Part shown: positions 55,204 through 62,906 of the stretch, piece after piece
Layout of the letters: each line of letters starts with the position of its first letter
Position numbering within the stretch: the first letter of the stretch is position 1
DNA from: Deltaproteobacteria bacterium
Lineage (GTDB): Bacteria; Myxococcota; JACPTQ01
DNA: 64,000 nucleotides
Assembly (NCBI GenBank): GCA_016192705.1
Contig: JACPTQ010000072.1
Span: 6,611-70,610, forward strand
Direction: 5' to 3'
The notes under the pieces: generated by a model
What the model was told of the DNA's origin: nothing
Databases searched by the model: none
Seen by the model: the letters and a program-made list of their open reading frames with translations, nothing else
Translations under genes and position numbers: made by a program

Positions 55204-57672
55204 ATGTCTCGATTCGTTTTCGTGACCGTCGCGCTCTTCGCGGCCGTTGGGTGTGGAAGTAAAGGGGAGAAGGGGGAGATGGGGACGAATGGGTCAGCGG
55301 GTCCGGGGGGCGACGCGGGACCAGAAGGCGCCGCGGGTCCCGCGGGCGATGCGGGTGCGACGGGTCCAACCGGTAACGCGGGTCCGTCGGGAGACGCCGG
55401 GGCCGCGGGAACGCCGGGCGCATCGGGCGGCACCATAACGGGATCGGTGAAGGACACGAACAACGCGGGCCTCGTGGGTGCCACGATCTCGACGAGCCCG
55501 ACGTCATCGTCGACGGCGAGTGACGTGAGCGGAAACTTCTCGCTCGCGTCAGTTCCGAACGGCGTCTTCACCGTCATCGCGACGTTGGCCGGTTACGGGG
55601 CGTCGAGCGTGACGGGCGTGAGCGTGACGGCGGGTGGTTCGACGAGTGCCGCGTTCGTGCTTTACTTGGCGGACGGCGGGTTTGCGTCGATCAGCGGGAC
55701 GGTCAAGAACACGGCCGGCGCCGCCATTGCGAACGCGACGGTCAGCGTATCGGGCGTTGATGCGTCCGCCGTGACCGCCGCCGACGGAACGTACACCATC
55801 ACAAACGTCCCCGCGCCCGGGCCCTATTTCCTCGACGTCGCGCCGCCAACGAACGACGCCGATGCGGGGTATTTCGCCGGCGACACCCGCGTGAGCCTTC
55901 TTCTCACGCGCGCGTCACACACCGACGCGAGCATTATTCTGTCTGCGCGACCTTCGAGCGCGGCAACGTACATCGGAACGTCGCTGTGCGCCCTGTGTCA
56001 CGCGGTGGTCGGTGACACGACGATTGTCCCCCGACATGCGTCGGCTGGGCATTGGCGCTCCTTGAGCCTCGATGGCGGTGAGCGCTTCGTCTCGACGAGT
56101 CTCTGGCCGAGCGTGGGTGCGACCGTCGACACCGGAAAATACGCGCAAGATCCAAACGGCGTGAAATATGACGCGGGGAACGGCGGCAGCGGCTGGAACC
56201 GCGTTTACCTGTGCCAAAACAGCGCGGGCTCTTACGCGATGATGTTCGGCCCAAACCCCGATGCGGGTGTCGACGCTGGGTGCACCGGCGCTGGGGGCAC
56301 GACCCAGGGAATCGTTATCCCGGTCGCGGGAACGTACGGCGGTGAGGGCGATCGGTCGACGTGGGATGGCGGGATTGTCGCGAACCTAGGAAAATTCAAG
56401 CAACGATTCTTCGCGCGGGTCAACGATGTCGATTCGGGGACCGGGTGGACTTACACCGCTGGAAAAGACAAAGACCTTCTCGTCCTACCCGTGCAGGTCA
56501 CGCAGTCCGGCGATGGATACCCCAAGTTTGACGTGTACAAAGAAACCGAATGGGCGAACCGCAATCGAACGTTCGCGTACGCGTGCGCGGGATGCCACAA
56601 CACCAACATGAACATCGTGTGGGACCAGGCTGGCGGCAGCGACTACATCACGAGTTACGCGTACACCGACCTCAACGTCGGCTGCGAGAAGTGCCACGGC
56701 CCGGGCTCCGAGCACGTCGCGGTGGGTGGCGGTTTGGCCAAGGCGATCATCAACCCGAAATACTTGACTGCGGACCGCGAGCGCCAGGTGTGTGGGCAGT
56801 GCCACTCGGGTGACGACGGAAAAAACGAGGGGAGCCAGAAGAAATACGGTTACGCGTACAACCTGAATTACGCCGACGCGGGCGCGACGTACATTGGGCG
56901 AGGGACGTACGTGCCCGGGTTCTACGACATCAGCGAGTTCATTTCGAACCTTGACGGCGGTGCTTCTTTCAACGCATGGGCGACGATTTTCGGCACGAAG
57001 ACGTGGGGCAAGGCGCACCGCCAGCAGTACGCGATGCTGCTCAAGTCGAAGCACGTGAACAACACGACGCGGCGAATGACGTGCGCGAGTTGCCACGACG
57101 TTCACAGCACGTACCAAGGTCCGAAGGCGCACAGCGTCACGTCGGGGAGTGACACGTTTGTGTTCGAAACGCCGAGGTTCAACAACAACGTGCTTTGCCT
57201 CTCGTGCCACGCGGGGAGCGGCGAGTTCGCGACGATGGCGACGAGCGACGTCGCGGCGATTCAGGTCGGCGACTCGAGGGTTGTTTCGAAGAACGGGACG
57301 AACCAGAGCTTTACGGCGGGCGAAATAGCGTCGGCGCTCGAGCGCGTCGGAGATGTGGTTGAAGGCCATATGAACAACAAGGCAAACATGGGTTTCTTCG
57401 TGATGTACGACCCTGAGCGCGAGCCAGGCGTTGGGCGCTGCATGAACTGCCACATGCCGCGGACGGCGAAGAGCGGCGGCTATACGACGGGCGTTGATGA
57501 ATTCGGCAAGACGGCGCTTATCGAAGGCGACCAGGGGTCGCACGTGTTCGACGTCATTCGGCCGCAGATGAGCCGCATCATGACCGACGGCGGCGTCTCC
57601 GACACGGCCGTCATGCCGAACTCGTGTGGCCCGTGCCACGCGCGCTATCGCTTCAGCGGCGACGGGCAGTAA
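55204..57672 (+). CDS. lipoprotein: collagen-like (Gly-X-Y)20 segment + carboxypeptidase-regulatory-like beta domains + octaheme c-type cytochrome domain
   Basis: AAGGAGG SD 7 nt upstream of ATG. Lipoprotein signal MSRFVFVTVALFAAVGC. 20 uninterrupted GXY triplets (GSKGEKGEMGTNGSAGPGGDAGPEG...GTPGASGG) at about 55255-55435. Eight CxxCH motifs (CALCH, CAGCH, CEKCH, CGQCH, CASCH, CLSCH, CMNCH, CGPCH). Confidence 0.7.
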   Translation: MSRFVFVTVALFAAVGCGSKGEKGEMGTNGSAGPGGDAGPEGAAGPAGDAGATGPTGNAGPSGDAGAAGTPGASGGTITGSVKDTNNAGLVGATISTSPTSSSTASDVSGNFSLASVPNGVFTVIATLAGYGASSVTGVSVTAGGSTSAAFVLYLADGGFASISGTVKNTAGAAIANATVSVSGVDASAVTAADGTYTITNVPAPGPYFLDVAPPTNDADAGYFAGDTRVSLLLTRASHTDASIILSARPSSAATYIGTSLCALCHAVVGDTTIVPRHASAGHWRSLSLDGGERFVSTSLWPSVGATVDTGKYAQDPNGVKYDAGNGGSGWNRVYLCQNSAGSYAMMFGPNPDAGVDAGCTGAGGTTQGIVIPVAGTYGGEGDRSTWDGGIVANLGKFKQRFFARVNDVDSGTGWTYTAGKDKDLLVLPVQVTQSGDGYPKFDVYKETEWANRNRTFAYACAGCHNTNMNIVWDQAGGSDYITSYAYTDLNVGCEKCHGPGSEHVAVGGGLAKAIINPKYLTADRERQVCGQCHSGDDGKNEGSQKKYGYAYNLNYADAGATYIGRGTYVPGFYDISEFISNLDGGASFNAWATIFGTKTWGKAHRQQYAMLLKSKHVNNTTRRMTCASCHDVHSTYQGPKAHSVTSGSDTFVFETPRFNNNVLCLSCHAGSGEFATMATSDVAAIQVGDSRVVSKNGTNQSFTAGEIASALERVGDVVEGHMNNKANMGFFVMYDPEREPGVGRCMNCHMPRTAKSGGYTTGVDEFGKTALIEGDQGSHVFDVIRPQMSRIMTDGGVSDTAVMPNSCGPCHARYRFSGDGQ

Positions 57673-57676
57673 GCGG
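57484..57676. repeat. direct repeat A (3' end of the cytochrome gene), about 93% identical to 58648-58840
   Basis: Aligned by eye. The two copies bracket the hydrolase gene; period 1164 bp. Confidence 0.85.
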
Positions 57677-57731
57677 GAGCCCACGTCCACGCCGTTGATG
57701 ATGAGCCCGTCGGACGCGCTATAATGGCGCG

Positions 57732-58622
57732 ATGCAACCGGCACCGCCCATGCCCGCATGGCTCGAGGCGATGGTCCCCTACCGCCGCTACCGGCTCGAC
57801 GTCGGTGACGACCTGCGCATGCACGTCATGGAAATCGGCGAAGGTCTGCCCGTCGTGCTGTTCCATGGAAATCCGTCGTGGGGCTTTCTCTATCGCCGCG
57901 TGGTCGACAAGCTCGCAGGCCAGCCCCTTCGGCTCATCATGCCCGATCTCATCGGGCTCGGCTTCTCCGACAAGCCCGGAGCCGACGCCCACACCCTGGA
58001 CAACCACATCCGCTGGATGAGCCGATGTCTCGATGCGCTGGCGCTCGAGCGCTGTGTCGCCGTGGTGCAGGACTGGGGTGGCGCCATCGGCGTTGGCGCA
58101 CTTGCGACGCGGCCCAAGTTGTGTACCGGGCTCGTCGTGATGAACACGGGGCTCTCCCCGCCTCGCAAGGGGTTTCGTGCCACGGCCTTCCATCGACTCG
58201 CGCGCGCACCTGGTATCAGCACGGCGCTGTTTCGGCTGGCGGGCTTTCCCCAGTCGATGATGTGGATTGCGCAGGGTGAGCGCTGCAGCATCCGCGGCGA
58301 GGTGGCGCGCGCCTACCGTTACCCGCTGCGTCGCTGGCGCGACAACGCCGCGCCGCTCGCCCTCGCGCGCATGGTGCCGAACGATTTCGATCACCCGTCC
58401 ATCCCGTCGCTCGAGCGCTGCGAGGCCTACGTGAGAGCCTTTACCGCACCGACCGCCATCGTGTGGGGCGATCGCGATCCGGTCCTCGGTCGGGTGCTCG
58501 GCTGGATGCGCAAGCTGTTGCCCAATGCGCCGGTGACCCGCACGCAAGCCGGGCATTTCCTCCAGGAACAGGTGCCGGACGAAATCGCCGCAGCGATTCG
58601 CGACGTCGCGGAGCGACGATGA
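57732..58622 (+). CDS. alpha/beta-fold hydrolase, haloalkane-dehalogenase-like family
   Basis: VVLFHGNPSWGFLYRRVV (HGNP(T/S)xxxL(W/Y)R signature), nucleophile elbow region DWGGAIG, C-terminal His. A perfect TATAAT sits 6 nt upstream of the ATG (57720-57725), suggesting a leaderless transcript. Confidence 0.75.
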   Translation: MQPAPPMPAWLEAMVPYRRYRLDVGDDLRMHVMEIGEGLPVVLFHGNPSWGFLYRRVVDKLAGQPLRLIMPDLIGLGFSDKPGADAHTLDNHIRWMSRCLDALALERCVAVVQDWGGAIGVGALATRPKLCTGLVVMNTGLSPPRKGFRATAFHRLARAPGISTALFRLAGFPQSMMWIAQGERCSIRGEVARAYRYPLRRWRDNAAPLALARMVPNDFDHPSIPSLERCEAYVRAFTAPTAIVWGDRDPVLGRVLGWMRKLLPNAPVTRTQAGHFLQEQVPDEIAAAIRDVAERR

Positions 58623-58647
58623 ACGAACCGCGACGAGCGGTGGATGG

Positions 58648-58840
58648 ACGACGGGCGTTGATGACTTCGGCAAGACGGCGCTCATCGAGGGCGACCAGGG
58701 GTCGCACGTGTTCGACGTGATTCGGCTGCAGATAAGGCGCATCATGACCGACGGCGGCGTCTCTGACACGGCCGTCATGCCGAATTCGTGTGGCCCGTGC
58801 CACGCGCGCTATCGCTTCAGCGGCGACGGGCAGTAAGCGC
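58648..58840. repeat. direct repeat B: orphan copy of the cytochrome gene 3' end (encodes ...GVDDFGKTALIEGDQGSHVFDVIRLQIRRIMTDGGVSDTAVMPNSCGPCHARYRFSGDGQ*), a gene fragment
   Basis: About 13 substitutions relative to copy A; retains the reading frame, final CxxCH and stop codon, but has no start. Confidence 0.85.
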
Positions 58841-58871
58841 GCGCGGAAGCGGGGGCGGTAGCGATCTTTCC

Positions 58872-58955
58872 TGGACTTGGACCTCGACTTGGACTTGGAC
58901 CTGGACTTCCGCCGAACGGTCCAGGACCAGGTCCAGGGTTAGGTCCAGGACCAGG
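58872..58955. repeat. inverted hexanucleotide-repeat hairpin: (TGGACY)6 - 9-nt loop - (WCCAGG)6
   Basis: tggacttggacctcgacttggacttggacctggactt ccgccgaacgg tccaggaccaggtccagggttaggtccaggaccagg. More GGTCCAGG copies continue to about 58990. No T-tract. Confidence 0.8.
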
Positions 58956-59034
58956 CGAGGACGGGGCTGCGGTAGCGGTCCAGGCCTATCCTGAACAGGA
59001 TGAACAAGATAAACAGGATTGCGGATGCGGAAAA

Positions 59035-59900
59035 CTACCTCGGGGTTGCTGGAGCAACCGGCGCGGGCGTCGCAGGCACCACGGTTGTCGGTGCCGTCTT
59101 CGGCGCGATGCGGCGCCTGCGGCCGCGTGCGACAAAAATCGCCGGATAGCGATCGAGGGCCGCTTCGTCGGCGCGGAAGATGAAGCCGGCGGCGGCGCGG
59201 ATCGTGTCGACGCCATAGCGCGCGTAAGTGGCGGCGCGGTCGCGAAGGTCGCGCGATTCGGTGGGGCTCGGGCTCCGTTCCGTCGCCCTCCCCATTTTCG
59301 CCGCGCGCTCAGCCCACTGGGTTTCGCGCCATTGCGGCGAAAATTTCGTCACTTCGCGGTCGTCCGACTTTGCGGCGAGAGCGTTCACGAGCTTCACCGA
59401 GATGTTTTGCGCCTGCGTGACGTCGGCTTCCGTGATTTCGGAGCGACACTTTGCGCCACTCCAGTTCGCCGAGAAGAGGCCGGCGAGCGCAGCCAAATCG
59501 TCGGCGGTGTCGAGGTGTCCTTGTCCCTCGCGGATAAGGTCGAGCTGCGGCGGTAAAGGAGGTCCGCTTGCCAAAGTGCTTGCGCGCGAACGACGAGGTT
59601 GTCGTGCGCGGCCGGGTCGAACGCGGCGGCGGCAAACGTCGCGACGAAGCGAGCGCGGTCGGCGGCGCAGCTTTGCGCGTTCTGGATGATCGCCGCGACG
59701 GCCTCGGGGACCTGCGCGCGAAACGGTGTCACGGCGTGCGCGGGGATCGCGTCGAACGTCGCGCGGAGCTTCGCGAGCGCCTCATCGCCGCCAGAAAGGG
59801 TGATCGCATCGGTTGCGGCGTGCGTCGCCTGCTCGGTCGTTTCGTTTGTCTTCGTTATCTCGTTCCCCTCGTGCGAATTGGCGGCCTCAATCAACCCCAA
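59035..59900 (-). CDS. hypothetical protein(s): two overlapping minus-strand ORFs (59394-59900 and 59035-59574), possibly one gene of about 290 aa with a frameshift
   Basis: Both ORFs are Ala-rich with no recognised domain and overlap by 181 bp in different frames. Which is real cannot be decided from sequence alone. Confidence 0.25.
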
Positions 59901-60309
59901 AGAGAACGATCAAGGTTTTAACTATTCTTTTACCGTTCATCGTTCTCTCGCGCTCTCTTCCTCGCTTTTCGTAACGCATCGTCTTCGTCCTTTTACCCAT
60001 GAGACGGAGCCGCGAGCGGTTTGTTGCGCAAAACAAGGTTCGCCCCCAGAATCGATAGGGGAGGGCGCGCGCGCGTGTCGCATTGTCTCTCGGACGAAGT
60101 CGTCGCTTTGATGCTCGACGGGCGGTTGTCTGACGCGGCACGTGCGGACGCCGAGCGCCATCTCACGCAAAGGATAGGACACGCAATTGGGGATGCGCAT
60201 GGGTTCGGGAGGCGATGAGGGCGGGAGATGGCGCGGAAGGCGGCGAGAGAAGGCGTTTGTGCGGAGGGGGATTCGGAAGACACGTTGGCGATGGCGGCGC
60301 GGGTGTCGC

Positions 60310-60672
60310 TCAATCGAGGGTGGAGCACGGATCGAAGGGGCTGAAGGAAGTTGGGTCGCGGGCACACGCGAGGATGGGAGGTACTGAAGGGAGGCCCAGG
60401 TGTTCGAGGATTGCGTGTGTGGGCTCGGCCTCAGTGATGACGGCGATAAATTCGAGACGGCCGTTGCATGCAGGACAGGCGAGTGCATCGACGTCATAGA
60501 ACTTTTCGAGCCATCGGCCGAGAAGCCAGTGGCTTCTCGGTGCGAGAAAAATGGCGAGACCGACGGAACGGAGGTCGCAGCCTACCTTGTTTCTACGCAG
60601 CTGCTGCGCCCATTCGAAGCGGGAGAGTCGGGACGTTGTCGCAGTGAGAAGAGTTGCGGCGAGCCGTCCCAC
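60310..60672 (-). pseudogene. remnant of an IS91/ISCR-family (rolling-circle) transposase C-terminus
   Basis: 120-aa ORF containing WAQQLRR...VDALACPACNGRLEFIAVITEAEPTHAILEHLGLPSVPP, resembling the conserved C-terminal WAxLLxRVF...CPxCGGxLxxIAxI...ILxHLGLP block of IS91-family transposases. No catalytic N-terminal part is present nearby. Confidence 0.4.
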
Positions 60673-60694
60673 GATTGAAATCGAGCCGTGGCCG

Positions 60695-62905
60695 TTACCA
60701 GACGCGGCACCCGATGAGCGGAAGCGATTGACACGGCAACACGCCGCTTACGCAGTCGCGTCGATTTTCCACCCCGACCTCGTAGCGACCGGCCACGAAT
60801 CGTCGCTGAAACGTTGCCCCGCCGTCGACGCCAAGCGGAATCGTCGACATCCCGTTTCCGGCCGCGTCCCAGAGGATGAGCGACCCGCGATTTTTCGCGT
60901 GCAAACTCGCCGGCATCGGGAAGCCGCGAAGCGTGACAACGCCCGAGAGCATCACGACGTCGAGGTCGAAATCGAGATTTCCCGAGGCCCTCAAATCGAC
61001 ATCGCGCCGGATCTCGACGCGCCCTTGGCACGGGAGAACGCCATCGCCAAGTGCAGGACAGTCGTCGTCGTTCGAGAATGTGATGTCGTACGTCCCCGGG
61101 AACAGCCGAATCCGATAGGTCGCGGCGTTCGTCGCGCCGAGCGTTGCCGCCGATTGCCCCAGGGTCGGACTCGAAAAATGAAGTTCGCCTCGATTCGAGC
61201 CGGCGTCGCTCGCGCCGACCGCGAATCCGTTGGCGGTGACTGTCCCGGCGACATCGATGACCGGCAAATCGATCGGGAGTGAAGCGGGGCCGACAATCGA
61301 AACGCCGCGCGCGACGTCGTAAAACTGACACGGCGTCGGCCCGGTTTCGCAGTGATAGAAATTGTAAAACGACACGTCGTGTTGGCCTTTGTAGACGAGG
61401 GCGGTGAAGGTCGCGGCGCCCGTCGACCCGAGCGTCGCGGTCACGGACGATGGACCGCGAAGCGTCACCATTCCGCGGCTCCGGCCGTCGGCGTTTTCCG
61501 CCCTCGCGGCGCCGTTCACCGTCACCGTGCCGCTGACAGACGTGGTCGAAACATCGATGTCGAGCGAGCTCACCGACTGGACTTGGATCCCGGTGCGAAC
61601 GGTGTTCGTCCCGCATGGGAGTGGCCCGACGGCGCACGCCTCCCAGCTTGAGAGGGCGATCGAATGAACGCCCTTATAGATGACGGCGCGGTAAGTCGCC
61701 GCCCCGGCGAGCCCGAGATCGGCGTTTGGCCCAAGGCCCTCGCTGCCCATGATGGCAACCACACCGCGTGTGGCGCCGCTGGCTCGCGTGGCCATCGGTT
61801 GCGCGTTGACGGTCACGGTGCCGGAGACCGTTGTGACGGGGAGATCGATGTTAAGCGCGCCTGTCGAGCGAATGGGAACGGCCGTCATGCGGGTGCTCGC
61901 GTGACACGGAATCGGCGAGTCGGATTCACACGCGCGCGGCCCGGTTACGACGACGTCGTAATCGCCCATGGGCACGTCGACGCTGTAGAGCGAACGCCCT
62001 TGCGTCGGGAATGCGACCGTCGCCGCGGTCTGGCCATCGTGCGCGCGAAATGAAACCGACCCGCGAGTCCCACCGCGCGTGCTGACGCCCATCATTGAGC
62101 CGTTGACCGTGACCTCGCCGCTCACCGTTACGCGCACGACGCTTCGCACGTCGAAGTCGATGGCGCCATCGGCGGTCAATTGCAGTGACCGCTTGAGAAA
62201 CTGCGTGCCGCATGGAAGCGTGGTTCCGGCGCACGACTGAAATTTTGAGAAGGTCACGGAATAAAATCCCGGAAAGAGCTTCGTTGAAAACACGGCCTCG
62301 CCCGAGGTTGGGAGCTCGACCGTAACGGGAAGCGTCGTGCCAACGCGCAAAAACGAGAGAGCGCCGCGCGGCGAGCCGGCCGGAGCGGTTTGGCCATCGA
62401 GCGTGACACGCCCTGCGACTTGAATGGTCTGGAGGTCGAAGTTTCGGACGCCGGATGCCGAAAGGATGAACGGCGCGCATGGCGTTTCGCACCCGTTCGC
62501 TGGGATGTCGTCGTCGTCGCGAAATCCAGCGGGGCATCGCCCGGCATCGAGCGTCATTCCGGCGTCAGCCGATACACCTGCGTCGCGAAAAACGCCTGCG
62601 TCATGGGCGGTGCCCGCATCGCGCAAGCCTCCCGCATCGCGCACGGCTCCGGCATCGCGGCTAAAGCCAGCGTCAAAGGGACGCACCGGCGCTCCCGCAT
62701 CGAAACGAACGCCGGCATCAACCGCGGCGACTCGTCCGCCCGCATCGAGCAAATGTCCGCCATCGCGTTCGGTCGCAACAGGCGGCGAGGCCTCGTCGAC
62801 CACAAACTCCGAAGGTTCGTCGCTCGTCGCGCACGCAGCGACGAAGCAGCCGAGCACCGCCATTCCCGTTGCCACTCGTCGCTTATGTCGATGTGGTTGC
62901 AGCAT
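60695..62905 (-). CDS. large lipoprotein with D-A-G low-complexity region and repeated beta-domain modules
   Basis: Signal/lipobox MLQPHRHKRRVATGMAVLGCFVAAC. (F/V)RDAG repeats. At least five repeats of a roughly 95-aa module ending with conserved LPCG and containing TVSGTVTVNG. Confidence 0.5.
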   Translation of the reverse strand: MLQPHRHKRRVATGMAVLGCFVAACATSDEPSEFVVDEASPPVATERDGGHLLDAGGRVAAVDAGVRFDAGAPVRPFDAGFSRDAGAVRDAGGLRDAGTAHDAGVFRDAGVSADAGMTLDAGRCPAGFRDDDDIPANGCETPCAPFILSASGVRNFDLQTIQVAGRVTLDGQTAPAGSPRGALSFLRVGTTLPVTVELPTSGEAVFSTKLFPGFYSVTFSKFQSCAGTTLPCGTQFLKRSLQLTADGAIDFDVRSVVRVTVSGEVTVNGSMMGVSTRGGTRGSVSFRAHDGQTAATVAFPTQGRSLYSVDVPMGDYDVVVTGPRACESDSPIPCHASTRMTAVPIRSTGALNIDLPVTTVSGTVTVNAQPMATRASGATRGVVAIMGSEGLGPNADLGLAGAATYRAVIYKGVHSIALSSWEACAVGPLPCGTNTVRTGIQVQSVSSLDIDVSTTSVSGTVTVNGAARAENADGRSRGMVTLRGPSSVTATLGSTGAATFTALVYKGQHDVSFYNFYHCETGPTPCQFYDVARGVSIVGPASLPIDLPVIDVAGTVTANGFAVGASDAGSNRGELHFSSPTLGQSAATLGATNAATYRIRLFPGTYDITFSNDDDCPALGDGVLPCQGRVEIRRDVDLRASGNLDFDLDVVMLSGVVTLRGFPMPASLHAKNRGSLILWDAAGNGMSTIPLGVDGGATFQRRFVAGRYEVGVENRRDCVSGVLPCQSLPLIGCRVW

Positions 62906-62906
62906 C

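Noticed and set aside
60021-60500. Possible anti-sigma factor zinc-finger N-terminus (CLSDEVVALMLDGRLSDAARADAERHL) and neighbouring small ORFs
   Set aside because: Only 65 aa long and lacking the second CxxC and any transmembrane or periplasmic part. Probably a decayed fragment in the same degraded insertion region as the IS91-like remnant. Not reported as a gene.
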